Source: Minisyncoccota bacterium (GTDB lineage Bacteria; Patescibacteriota; Minisyncoccia; Phycocordibacterales; SBAW01). Taken from it: DNA of 64,000 bases. Positions 18,255 to 26,386 of the stretch are shown here, piece by piece. The stretch's first letter is position 1, and each line of letters opens with the position of its first letter. A model generated the notes under the pieces. The model saw nothing but the letters and a program-made list of their open reading frames with translations, searched no databases and was not told where the DNA came from. Location: contig DASZWM010000005.1 of the NCBI GenBank assembly GCA_035546615.1, positions 32,001-96,000 on the forward strand, given 5' to 3'. The position numbers were made by a program, and so were the translations under genes.

Positions 18255-19067
18255 ATGAAGACAATCAAACTAAACGAGGATGCGAATATCCCCGTGCTCG
18301 GCCTGGGCACGTGGCAGCTGACGGGGGATGCGTGCACGGAAGCCGTCCGCTACGCGCTTGAGCTCGGCTACACGCATATCGATACCGCCGATGTGTATGG
18401 TAATCATGCGGAAGTGGCGAGCGGCGCTAAAGCCTCCGGCGTCGCACGGGAGAAGTTCTTCCTTACCACCAAGGTGTGGCGCACCGACTTGGCGCACGAC
18501 CCGCTTGTGGAGAGCGCGGACCGCTTTCTTGAAGAGCTCGCTACCGACTATATCGACCTCCTCCTTATTCACTGGCCTAACAGCGAGATTCCTGTCGAGG
18601 CCAGTCTTAGGGCGATGGAGGAGCTTAAGCGCGCCGGAAAGGTGCGCGCGATAGGCGTTTCTAACTTTACTGTTCATCACCTTAAGGACGCACTTGAAGC
18701 CGGGGTTGAAATAACCAACAACCAAGTAGAGATACGTCCCGCCTTCGCGCAAAAAGAACTGCGTGATTTCTGTGCTTCCAAGGATATTTCCGTAACCGCG
18801 TACTCGAGCCTGCGCGGCGGTGCTAATGAATTGCCGCTTATCGTGGAATTGGCAGGGAAGTACGGCAAGACTGCTTCGCAGATAATCCTCAACTGGGTTG
18901 TGGCTCGCGGCATGATAGCGATACCTAAGAGCTCGCACCCGGAGCGCATTAAAGAGAATTTCGAGTCAGTAGATTTCGAAATGGAAGAAGCGGACCTCGC
19001 GCGCATAGATGCGCTGCCGGAAGGGAAGCGGGTTAATACGCCGGCCTTCGGGGAATTCGATTATTGA
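18255..19067 (+). CDS. Aldo/keto reductase (2,5-diketo-D-gluconate reductase-like).
   Basis: GLGTWQ ... HIDTADVYGNH ... LLLIHWP ... AIGVSNF ... IPKSSHPERIKENF are AKR superfamily signatures. Confidence 0.85.
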   Translation: MKTIKLNEDANIPVLGLGTWQLTGDACTEAVRYALELGYTHIDTADVYGNHAEVASGAKASGVAREKFFLTTKVWRTDLAHDPLVESADRFLEELATDYIDLLLIHWPNSEIPVEASLRAMEELKRAGKVRAIGVSNFTVHHLKDALEAGVEITNNQVEIRPAFAQKELRDFCASKDISVTAYSSLRGGANELPLIVELAGKYGKTASQIILNWVVARGMIAIPKSSHPERIKENFESVDFEMEEADLARIDALPEGKRVNTPAFGEFDY

Positions 19068-19533
19068 GAAAAGTTTTTGCCGATGGCATTCCACGGCAGT
19101 TTCATGCCTGATTCCGGAAACTTGTCGAGAATCCATTGTACGTAAGTATTACTGTTGGGACCACGCAAGCCGTATTTCTCTTTAAAAGGATATTGATCTA
19201 CAGAAGAAGTAATACAGTCAGCCATTCGCTCCGCAGTGGAACCATCTGCACCTTCGACAGTATCTACTATTGCAGAATTCCAGTGGAAGTAATGAACAAA
19301 AGCGAATGTCTGTATCCCGTCGGTAGGGGAAAGTAAGTCTGCGTCGAGATGGCCCCAGCTTTTGTCGCGAATCTGTCGTCCGAATCCTATTTCCCAGCGT
19401 GATATAGCGCCTTTTTATTCACGACGAACCAAGGATGGATAGCAAAGTTAAAAGGGATACAGGCAGGACATGCAAAAAGAAATACCTGATATAAGTCTTT
19501 CTTTAAGAGTTTCTGGAACTCGGCTTCGGTCAT
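19061..19533 (-). pseudogene. Frameshifted ORF in the AT-rich islet.
   Basis: On the reverse strand, ATG at 19533 gives MTEAEFQKLLKKDLYQVFLFACPACIPFNFAIHPWFVVNKKALYHAGK then a stop. A neighbouring frame continues RWEIGFGRQIRDKSWGHLDADLLSPTDGIQTFAFVHYFHWNS...YGLRGPNSNTYVQWILDKF...SQ to 19061 with no start codon. This implies a frameshift near 19385. Confidence 0.35.
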
Positions 19534-19545
19534 ATTTCCAAACTT

Positions 19546-19633
19546 TGGCGGAGGGGGTGAGATTCGAACTCACGGTACCTTGCGGTACTCTTGTTTTCAA
19601 GACAAGTGCACTCGGCCTCTATGCGACCCCTCC
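19546..19633 (-). tRNA. tRNA-Ser (anticodon TGA), type II with long variable arm; CCA encoded.
   Basis: Reverse complement: acceptor GGAGGGG/CCCCTCC, anticodon stem CTTGT/ACAAG with loop CTTGAAA, long variable arm AGTACCGCAAGGTAC, T-arm GTGAG-TTCGAAT-CTCAC, then GCCA. Confidence 0.8.
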
Positions 19634-20113
19634 CTGGCGATTTTGTATCTTACCACTGTACCAGTTATTTTCTAGGTAATGTTCCTCTGAGTGACAATTT
19701 GGACAAAGTAGTTCCAGGTTATCCAGCGTATTGTGTTGCCGGTTTCTGTCTTTGTGATGTACGTTTAATATCTCATACCTTGCATATCCGCATCGTTCGC
19801 AAATGGGGCCTCGCAGTTTCAACAGACGAAGTTTCAAGCCTCGCTGGTATACAACTTTGTCCTTAGGCGCTCGACCTTTGTATTTTATTCCTGCACGGTT
19901 GGTATTGGCGCAGCCTCTGCTACATGTATTTTTGTTTGCACTAGAGAGAATAGGTTTACCGCAGACAACACAAGGGTGTTCTTTTCGAGTAGCTAGTCCA
20001 TAACAGGTTTGACTGCAAAATACTCGACCTTGTTTAATTTGACCCGGTCGTCTATAGATTGGTTTGCCACAAACTGTGCATGCAGTATTGGGATTTCTTT
20101 TATACTCATCCAC
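19619..20113 (-). CDS. HNH endonuclease with N-terminal Cys-pair zinc-finger-like repeats.
   Basis: C-terminal HNH motif NVHHKDRNRQHNTLDNLELLCPNCH. Four CxxC pairs occur upstream (CTVCG, CSQTC, CVVCG, CERCG). The region 19070..20160 is clearly more AT-rich than the flanks. The 3' end overlaps the 5' end of tRNA-Ser by about 15 nt. Confidence 0.7.
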   Translation of the reverse strand: MDEYKRNPNTACTVCGKPIYRRPGQIKQGRVFCSQTCYGLATRKEHPCVVCGKPILSSANKNTCSRGCANTNRAGIKYKGRAPKDKVVYQRGLKLRLLKLRGPICERCGYARYEILNVHHKDRNRQHNTLDNLELLCPNCHSEEHYLENNWYSGKIQNRQGGVA

Positions 20114-20172
20114 TAATCCAGTATACCAATTCTTAGTATGGCAGGCAATACACTTTTTCCTGTCCGTAGGCT

Positions 20173-20847
20173 ATGCTCGAAGGGAACATGGATATCCAGA
20201 TTGAGCGGCTGAAGAAAAATATAGACAAATTACAGAAGACGCATGGCCACCCGGACTATACAGCCTTGTACGGGACTGGCTGTATCGATCATCCGGACCT
20301 TTTTCTTATTCTTATGAATCCGACCGCACGCAATATATCCGTGCACAAGGATTGGAAGGGTCTTAAGGCTTCCTGGCTCGGGACAAAGAACTTTTGGAAG
20401 ATACTCTATAAACTCGAACTGATCTCGGCCAAAACTTTTGCAGCTACCCAGGAACGCGCCCCGGCCGAATGGGACAATGATTTCTGCGTCGCGGTGTATA
20501 CGGAGCTGGCGCGCAACAAGGTTTTTATCACCAACTTAGGCCGTTCAACCCAGCCTGACGCTCGACCACTCCCTGACGCGGTATATAAAGCGTGCGTTGC
20601 GCTCACCCAGGAAGAGATAAACGCAGTGAAGCCTAAAGTGGTCGTTCTCTTCGGGAATCAAGTAAGCTCAGCTTTGCTTGAAACACCGATCAAGGTTTCT
20701 GAAACCCGCAAGAAACGTTTTGATCTTGAGATAGGCGGTACGGTGTATCCCGTATATGCCACCTATTACCCGGTCGGCATGGGATTTATGAATGCCGATA
20801 AGACGATCGAAGATGTTCGCTGGATTCGCAAGGCGCATTCACGATAG
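20173..20847 (+). CDS. Uracil-DNA glycosylase superfamily protein; family uncertain.
   Basis: LFLILMNPTARN resembles the UDG/MUG motif-A region (GxNPG-like). A Tyr/Pro-rich motif-B-like stretch (TYYPVGMGF) lies near the C-terminus. 224 aa. Confidence 0.4.
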   Translation: MLEGNMDIQIERLKKNIDKLQKTHGHPDYTALYGTGCIDHPDLFLILMNPTARNISVHKDWKGLKASWLGTKNFWKILYKLELISAKTFAATQERAPAEWDNDFCVAVYTELARNKVFITNLGRSTQPDARPLPDAVYKACVALTQEEINAVKPKVVVLFGNQVSSALLETPIKVSETRKKRFDLEIGGTVYPVYATYYPVGMGFMNADKTIEDVRWIRKAHSR

Positions 20848-20858
20848 ACTTACTTAGC

Positions 20859-21281
20859 ATGAAATATCTCGGCATAGATTACGGGACCAAGCGCATCGGC
20901 GTAGCTGTCTCTGATGATGGGGGCGTGGTAGCATTTCCCCTCACGACCCTGAAGAGCGATAGGGACGCGGCAGGGGAGGTTGCCGCGCTTGCCAAGAGCC
21001 GCGAGGTCGGAACAATCGTCATCGGCGAGTCTCGCAATTTTCAGAACGAGCCCAACCCTGTGATGGAGGATATTGAGCAGTTCAAAAAAGACATTGCCAA
21101 CCTGACAGGTCTGCCTGTGGAATACGAACGGGAGTTTTTTACCAGCACGCAGGCGGCGCGGCAGTTTGCGCCCGACGGCTCGCGCAAAGACAATCCTTCG
21201 CAGGAAAAGCTGGATGCATCGGCTGCAGCCTTGATTTTACAGGGGTATTTAGACAGAATAGGTGCTAAGAAGCCCATATAG
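20859..21281 (+). CDS. ruvX: Holliday junction resolvase-like / pre-16S rRNA nuclease RuvX (YqgF).
   Basis: MKYLGIDYGTKRIGVAVSDDGGVVAFPLTTL is the canonical YqgF N-terminus with catalytic Asp. 140 aa. Confidence 0.85.
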   Translation: MKYLGIDYGTKRIGVAVSDDGGVVAFPLTTLKSDRDAAGEVAALAKSREVGTIVIGESRNFQNEPNPVMEDIEQFKKDIANLTGLPVEYEREFFTSTQAARQFAPDGSRKDNPSQEKLDASAAALILQGYLDRIGAKKPI

Positions 21282-21345
21282 TCGTCGCTCGCTCGGAAAT
21301 TAAAGTAAAACTTTATTTCTCTCACTCGCTAGACTATTAAAAACA

Positions 21346-21675
21346 ATGGAACCAATTAGCATAGACGATTTCAAAAAGATAGAGATCCGCATCGGAGAGA
21401 TAAAGAGCGCGGAGAAGATAGAAGGGAGCGACAAGCTCCTGAAGCTTAAGGTTATGTTCGGCGAAGAAGAGCGTCAGGTGCTTTCCGGCATCTCGGCGTA
21501 TTTTCCCAACCCGGAGGACTTGGTGGGGAAGAAGTGCCCGTTCGTTACCAACCTGGCGCCGCGCACCATGATGGGGCTTGAGAGCCAGGCGATGATATTG
21601 GCAACCGGCGGCGACGGCGAAACGCCGTTCGCTCTGTTCGAAACCTCGGGCGCTTCCGGCGCGCGCGTCCGCTAA
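21346..21675 (+). CDS. Standalone tRNA-binding domain protein (CsaA/Trbp111/EMAP-like OB fold).
   Basis: FKKIEIRIGEIKSAEKIEGSDKLLKLKVMFGEEERQVLSGISAYF matches the tRNA-binding domain found at the C-termini of MetRS and PheT. Confidence 0.7.
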   Translation: MEPISIDDFKKIEIRIGEIKSAEKIEGSDKLLKLKVMFGEEERQVLSGISAYFPNPEDLVGKKCPFVTNLAPRTMMGLESQAMILATGGDGETPFALFETSGASGARVR

Positions 21676-21678
21676 TTC

Positions 21679-22269
21679 ATGCTTGAGCGACTGCATGAGT
21701 GGAAGGATTCTGCATGGCAGAAATTCATAGTGCTGGCGCAAGGCCCGCATGCGCTCTTCTGGCTCGGCGTATGCGCGCTGACCGATCCGATATTCTTTCC
21801 CATACCGCCGGAGGCATACCTTGCCGCGCTGATCTTGGCTCACCCCAAACGTTTTAATCTATATTTGGGTATTGCCGCCGTCTTTTCGGTACTGGGTGCG
21901 GCACTCGGCTATTTTGTAGGAGCATTTGTATTCCACCAGTTCGGGATGCCGCTCCTCCATTTCTATCACCTGGAGCCCGCATTCCTGCAGGCGCAGGAGC
22001 TTATAAAGGGCGGCGTGTTCGTCGGCATGATATTGGTGGCCTTCCAGCTGATTCCGGAGAAGGTATTCGTGCTCGCGGCGGGCTTCTTGGGAGCGCCGTT
22101 CTTTCCGTTTTTAGCGGGATTCCTGGTGGGCCGCGTGGCGCGTCTTGCCCTTATCGCATATCTCACGAAACGGTTCGGCGCGGACGTAGTGCTGCTTATA
22201 AAGCGGTACTTCCTCGCCGCGACTGTTTTGTTCTTGCTCGCAATAGCGTATTATTTCCTAGTGAAGTGA
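21679..22269 (+). CDS. DedA/VTT-domain-family membrane protein (tentative).
   Basis: 196 aa, four to five TM helices. The RFGADVVLLIKRYF region resembles DedA family motifs. Confidence 0.35.
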   Translation: MLERLHEWKDSAWQKFIVLAQGPHALFWLGVCALTDPIFFPIPPEAYLAALILAHPKRFNLYLGIAAVFSVLGAALGYFVGAFVFHQFGMPLLHFYHLEPAFLQAQELIKGGVFVGMILVAFQLIPEKVFVLAAGFLGAPFFPFLAGFLVGRVARLALIAYLTKRFGADVVLLIKRYFLAATVLFLLAIAYYFLVK

Positions 22270-22305
22270 GTGAAGGAAAGCTCGCTTTATTTCCGAACGA
22301 AAGGA
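22261..22305 (+). repeat. About 45 nt intergenic motif, copy 1. Copy 2 is at 35485..35528 with about 85% identity.
   Basis: GTGAAGTGAGTGAAGGAAAGCTCGCTTTATTTCCGAACGAAAGGA compared with GTGAAGTGAGTGAAATAAAGTTTACTTTAATTCCGAACGAAGGA. Copy 1 is followed by the palindrome CATATGAA-N8-TTCATATG and then tRNA-Arg(TCT). Confidence 0.6.
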
Positions 22306-22374
22306 CGGAAATATGAATGTACTCGTTCATATGCTATTGTGCATTTCCGCCTGCTGCTTTTGTAGGGGGACAAT

Positions 22375-22446
22375 GCCTTCGTAGCTCAACGGATAGAGCC
22401 GCGCTCTTCTAAGGCGTTGATGTAGGTTCGATTCCTACCGAAGGCA
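22375..22446 (+). tRNA. tRNA-Arg (anticodon TCT).
   Basis: Acceptor GCCTTCG/CGAAGGC, D-arm GCTC-AACGGATA-GAGC, anticodon loop CTTCTAA, T-arm GTAGG-TTCGATT-CCTAC. Confidence 0.8.
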
Positions 22447-22563
22447 CAAATAGTGCGGGGCACTATTTGTGAGCCGCAGGCGCGACGGCGCCGAGGCGGG
22501 GTCGCGGAAATTTTCAGCAGAAAATTATCTGTGACCAAATAGCGGAGAATAAGATAACAGCAC

Positions 22564-22636
22564 GGGCGATTAGCTCAGTTGGTAGAGCAACTCTTTTACA
22601 CAGAGAAGGTCACAGGTTCGAGTCCTGTATCGCCCA
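22564..22636 (+). tRNA. tRNA-Val (anticodon TAC).
   Basis: Acceptor GGGCGAT/ATCGCCC, D-arm GCTC-AGTTGGTA-GAGC, anticodon loop TTTACAC, T-arm ACAGG-TTCGAGT-CCTGT. Confidence 0.8.
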
Positions 22637-22640
22637 CACT

Positions 22641-23312
22641 ATGGAAGGTCCTGCCAAACCCAGTAACAACACTAAGGAAAGCTCTCCTAAGCCTTCTGTT
22701 GAAGTTGAATCAGAGTTTGCCGAATTCGTGCCACAGGACTTCCTTAATGACCCTGTAGGATATTTTGAACGTGGAGGAAAGAATATAAAAACAGGAGAAG
22801 TTAAATATGATGAGGCTGGTGCGCTTCGTGAGGATCCAACTGCTGTAAAAGATTTACCAGTCTGGACGAATAGCAATGGAATAGAAATTCTTACGGTAGG
22901 AAGAAGGGTAAATACGATTAAGGGCGCTGTAGGAGAATCAGGAGATCCTTTCTACGAGTACAAAATCCTTGAGAAGCTTATGGAAATCGGGTTACCCGCT
23001 GCGAGGCCTATTGCGAAAGCAGAACAGGGCGGTACTCATATCATTGTCATGGAGCGTATTCCGGGGGTTAGGTGGTCTGAAAGAGAAAGTCTGAATCTCA
23101 AAGAAAAAGGATACTCTGACGAAGACATTGCAACTCTAATAAGTGAAGCAGAACAGAAAATGGATGGCCTGAAAACTCGCTTTGACGAAGCGGGAGTTAT
23201 TCGCAGTTGGAAACTGAAGGATATGGTATTTGAGATAGACATTGAGAATAAGAAAGTTATTTCTATAGTCCCCACAGATTGGGAAAGGACGAAGATTATT
23301 GAAAAGCAATAG
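22641..23312 (+). CDS. Small atypical kinase-like protein (RIO/Kdo-kinase-like fold; tentative), lower-GC gene.
   Basis: THIIVMERIPGVRW resembles the IVMEYIxG hinge motif of RIO/Kdo kinases. The downstream GVIRSWKLKDMVFEIDIENKKVISIVPTDWER resembles the catalytic-loop/DFG region. The gene starts 5 nt after tRNA-Val and its GC content is clearly below neighbouring genes. Confidence 0.4.
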   Translation: MEGPAKPSNNTKESSPKPSVEVESEFAEFVPQDFLNDPVGYFERGGKNIKTGEVKYDEAGALREDPTAVKDLPVWTNSNGIEILTVGRRVNTIKGAVGESGDPFYEYKILEKLMEIGLPAARPIAKAEQGGTHIIVMERIPGVRWSERESLNLKEKGYSDEDIATLISEAEQKMDGLKTRFDEAGVIRSWKLKDMVFEIDIENKKVISIVPTDWERTKIIEKQ

Positions 23313-23381
23313 AGGTTCTAATATCGTGTACTTCTGACCACAGAAGACGTCTTTATTCAAGTCTTGTGCTATAACACTTCC

Positions 23382-24098
23382 ATGGAGCCGACAGTTATAT
23401 ATGAAGACGATTCCGTTATCGTCGTTAACAAGCCATCGGGCCTGCCTGTGCATGCGGACGGACGGCATGACCGCGCCACGCTTGTGGACTGGCTCGCCGT
23501 GCACTATCCGGAACTCAAAGGAGTGGGGGAGGAGCAGCGGCTCGCCGACGGCACGATAATAGACCGGCCCGGCATCGTGCACCGCATCGACCGCGAGACG
23601 TCCGGCGTGCTTGTCGTGGCGCGCACGCAGGCGTCTTTTGAGCATTTAAAGGAGCAGTTCCAGAACAGGGAAGTGAGAAAGGTGTACCGCGCCTTCGTGT
23701 ACGGCGCCCTTAAAGACGAGCGCGGCACGATAGACAGGCCGATAGGCTCCTCGCGCGGAGGCCACGGTCCGCGTTCGGCGACGCGCCCGCACGGTGTCAT
23801 GCGCGAAGCGCAGACGCTCTACCGCGTCATACATAACGGCAAGGACGCCGCATATGTGGAGGCGTTTCCGAAAACCGGCCGCACGCACCAGATCCGCGTG
23901 CATTTCTCCGCCATTCAGCATCCGATAGTAAATGACACTTTGTATGCGCCCAGCCGCAAGCCGATACTGGGCTTCACCCGGCTCGCGCTCCACGCGTATT
24001 CCATCTCCTTTATCCATCCCGACGGGCGGGAGGTCCTTTTTGAGGCTCCGCTGCCGGCCGATTTTGCCGAAGCCGAGCGGCAATTGCGGGCTAATTAA
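23382..24098 (+). CDS. RluA-family pseudouridine synthase.
   Basis: VIVVNKPSGLPVH ... HRIDRETSGVLVVART (catalytic Asp motif) ... GRTHQIRVH are RluA family signatures. Confidence 0.85.
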   Translation: MEPTVIYEDDSVIVVNKPSGLPVHADGRHDRATLVDWLAVHYPELKGVGEEQRLADGTIIDRPGIVHRIDRETSGVLVVARTQASFEHLKEQFQNREVRKVYRAFVYGALKDERGTIDRPIGSSRGGHGPRSATRPHGVMREAQTLYRVIHNGKDAAYVEAFPKTGRTHQIRVHFSAIQHPIVNDTLYAPSRKPILGFTRLALHAYSISFIHPDGREVLFEAPLPADFAEAERQLRAN

Positions 24099-24130
24099 AG
24101 CCGTGTTAGAGTGTTCAGGCATTAAATCAT

Positions 24131-24634
24131 ATGAAATCCGCAGTTAAAATCTCTCCGGTCGACATGGAAGCCCGCGTAGCCCTTGGGGTGCGTCCGGGCG
24201 ATACTGTCCGTGTCTGGCAGAAGATAGTCGAGCTCAAGAAGGGCAAGGCAGCCAATAAGAAGGAGGTGACGACGAAAAATGTCCGCCGCCAGGCCTTTGA
24301 GGGCCTCGTGCTCGCGGTTAAGCACGGCTCCGAGGCGGGAGGCATGTTCACGGTCCGCCGGGTCGCTTCCGGCGTAGGTGTCGAGAAGATTTTCCCGCTC
24401 TATTCTCCCAATATCGAATCTATCGAGGTACTGCGCCGCACCCGCACCCGCCGCGCAAAGCTCTACTTCATCCGCGACAAGGCCGCCCGCGACCAGAAGC
24501 GCGCGATGCGCAAGGCCCGCGAGTATGTCGCCCCCGCGGCAGCGGCAGCCGACGCCGAAGTTCCCGCGGAAGAGCCTGTTGTTGAGGCTCCGGCTGCAGA
24601 GGAGGCTGCCGCTCCGGAAGTCGCAGCGGAATAA
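24131..24634 (+). CDS. rplS: 50S ribosomal protein L19 with an Ala/Glu-rich C-terminal extension.
   Basis: [14 protein letters not shown]...[52 protein letters not shown] is canonical L19. The tail [32 protein letters not shown] is an extra low-complexity extension. Confidence 0.9.
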   Translation: MKSAVKISPVDMEARVALGVRPGDTVRVWQKIVELKKGKAANKKEVTTKNVRRQAFEGLVLAVKHGSEAGGMFTVRRVASGVGVEKIFPLYSPNIESIEVLRRTRTRRAKLYFIRDKAARDQKRAMRKAREYVAPAAAAADAEVPAEEPVVEAPAAEEAAAPEVAAE

Positions 24635-24692
24635 GAAAACGAGCTCACGCTCGTTTTTCGTTTTGGCGTTTTCGTTGTAGGTTTATAGACAT

Positions 24693-24776
24693 GCCCAGGT
24701 GGCGAAATTGGTAGACGCACTACCTTGAGGTGGTAGCTCCCGCAAGGGATTGGAGGTTCGAGTCCTCTCCTGGGCA
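24693..24776 (+). tRNA. tRNA-Leu (anticodon GAG), type II.
   Basis: Acceptor GCCCAGG/CCTGGGC, anticodon stem CTACC/GGTAG with loop TTGAGGT, long variable arm CTCCCGCAAGGGAT, T-arm GGAGG-TTCGAGT-CCTCT. Confidence 0.8.
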
Positions 24777-24785
24777 CAAAAAAGA

Positions 24786-24823
24786 CAGAATAATCTGCCC
24801 TGCGGCAGATTATCTGCTTTTTG
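24786..24823 (+). terminator. Rho-independent terminator after tRNA-Leu.
   Basis: CAGAATAATCTGCC-CTGC-GGCAGATTATCTG hairpin followed by CTTTTTG. Confidence 0.8.
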
Positions 24824-24978
24824 TGAGCCGGAGCGATGTTTCGCGAGTACGCGAAACCGCGAGGCAGGGTCGTGCGGCCGCATTCGCGACGGCGAATGCG
24901 GAACGCCTGACCAAAAGGATTTGTAGATGTGACGCAGACCCTAGATTAAGGGTATTTCCGACGGTTCCCACGGAGGTC

Positions 24979-25007
24979 TTGACAAAGTACCCGAAAGGGT
25001 ATACACT
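24979..25007 (+). promoter_or_regulatory. Sigma70-like promoter.
   Basis: TTGACA, a 17 nt spacer, then TACACT (TATACT immediately after). Confidence 0.5.
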
Positions 25008-25014
25008 ATACTTA

Positions 25015-25316
25015 GTTGTGAGGGAGCCAGCCTACGGTGTGTCATCGTGCACCGAAGGTGGGACCGGAAAGTGGCAACCTCGCGCCGGGACGATCGCAAA
25101 AGTCCCTTCTGTTCTTTCAGCGCGGAACGCGCAACGTGGTCTACTGTTTAGATGGTCTTGGGTCGCGAGGAGGTCAAAAATAACCCGCGACACTGCAAAA
25201 GTGATTGGCAATCTCAATCATGAAGGACCGTCACACGTAAGAATGGAAAAACCAAGGTCCTCGGACCAGTGGCCCCCCAGCACAACTGCATTGACAGTTG
25301 AGTGGGGGCCTTTTTA
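25015..25316 (+). ncRNA. Candidate structured leader / riboswitch-like RNA upstream of the TerC/DUF475 membrane protein gene; identity unknown.
   Basis: About 300 nt with no credible ORF, bounded by a promoter and an intrinsic terminator (GGCCCCCC ... GGGGGCC + TTTTT at 25271..25316) that ends 25 nt before the start codon at 25341. Many local hairpins. Confidence 0.3.
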
Positions 25317-25340
25317 CATTCAATGTAGTATTCTGTAACA

Positions 25341-26342
25341 ATGAAACTTTTCATCGCCCCCATCGTCATTTCGTTCATAGCGCTTATCGCCGTATTCCTG
25401 TGGGGCGGTACGGCAGCCCTGCTTCTTGCCGCAACGCTGGCGGTGCTCGAAGTGACGCTTTCTTTCGACAACGCGGTCGTCAACGCGAAGGTGCTCGAGG
25501 AAATGGACGCGCGCTGGCAGCGCAGGTTCCTTACCTGGGGCATCATCCTTTCGGTATTCGGCACGCGCCTGGTGCTGCCGATACTTATCGTCAGCGCCGT
25601 GGCATTTACTTCGCCGTTCACCATTACGACGCTGGCCCTCTACGAGCCCGACCAGTATTCTGCGCTTCTTACTTCGGCCGAGGCGGCTATCAAGGCGTTC
25701 GGCGGCGCATTCCTGCTCATGGTGTCGCTCAAGTATTTCTTCGACGTCGGCAAGAGCGTGCACTGGTTCGCGCCGCTTGAGCGCCGCTTGTCGCGGTGGG
25801 GAAGGGTGGAGGCGATTGAGATCGCTTTGGCGCTCGCCATGCTGCTCGGCATCTCCTACGTGTCGCACGACTCGGTTGAGACGATACTCCATGCCGGCAT
25901 TATCGGCATCATCCTCTTTACGCTGACGGAAGGCATCGCGCACGGCCTCGGGGTGGAAACCAAAGGCGCGGTCCGCTCGGGCCTCATGCTCTTCGTCTAT
26001 CTCAATATCCTCGACTCGGCCTTTTCTCTGGACGGCGTCATCGGCGCGTTCGCGCTCACGACCTCGCTCCCGATAATCGTGGCGGGCCTTGGCATCGGCG
26101 CGTATTTCGTCCGCTCGCTCACGGTCTACCTGGTACGACAGAAGACGCTTGCGGCGTTGAAGTACCTGGAGCACGGCGCGCACTGGGCGATATTCGGCCT
26201 GGCGCTCTCGATGTTCGCCGGCCTGATAATCCGCGTGCCGGAAGTGGTGATAGCGGGCATTGGGCTCGGCTTCATCACGCTTGCGTACATTTCGTCCCGC
26301 CGCGCCCTGCGCGCGGACGAAGTGGCCGAGTCGCTCGGCTAG
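25341..26342 (+). CDS. Integral membrane protein, DUF475/TerC-like family.
   Basis: 333 aa, about nine TM helices, paired LEVTLSFDNAVV and LDSAFSLDGVIGAFALT motifs typical of the TerC/DUF475 clan. Confidence 0.6.
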   Translation: MKLFIAPIVISFIALIAVFLWGGTAALLLAATLAVLEVTLSFDNAVVNAKVLEEMDARWQRRFLTWGIILSVFGTRLVLPILIVSAVAFTSPFTITTLALYEPDQYSALLTSAEAAIKAFGGAFLLMVSLKYFFDVGKSVHWFAPLERRLSRWGRVEAIEIALALAMLLGISYVSHDSVETILHAGIIGIILFTLTEGIAHGLGVETKGAVRSGLMLFVYLNILDSAFSLDGVIGAFALTTSLPIIVAGLGIGAYFVRSLTVYLVRQKTLAALKYLEHGAHWAIFGLALSMFAGLIIRVPEVVIAGIGLGFITLAYISSRRALRADEVAESLG

Positions 26343-26386
26343 CCTCATCGCTTCTCCTTTGGTATATTGACTTCGTTGTTCGATAT

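Noticed and set aside
25015-25316. Assignment of the long leader RNA as RNase P RNA, tmRNA, SRP RNA or 6S RNA.
   Set aside because: Conserved blocks were looked for and not found. These were GGAAAGUCCGGGCUCC, AGGGUGAAA and ACAGAA for RNase P; a tRNA-like 3' end with GGUUCGA plus ACCA for tmRNA; and GGUCCGGAAGGAAGCAGCC for SRP. The feature is kept only as an unknown structured leader.
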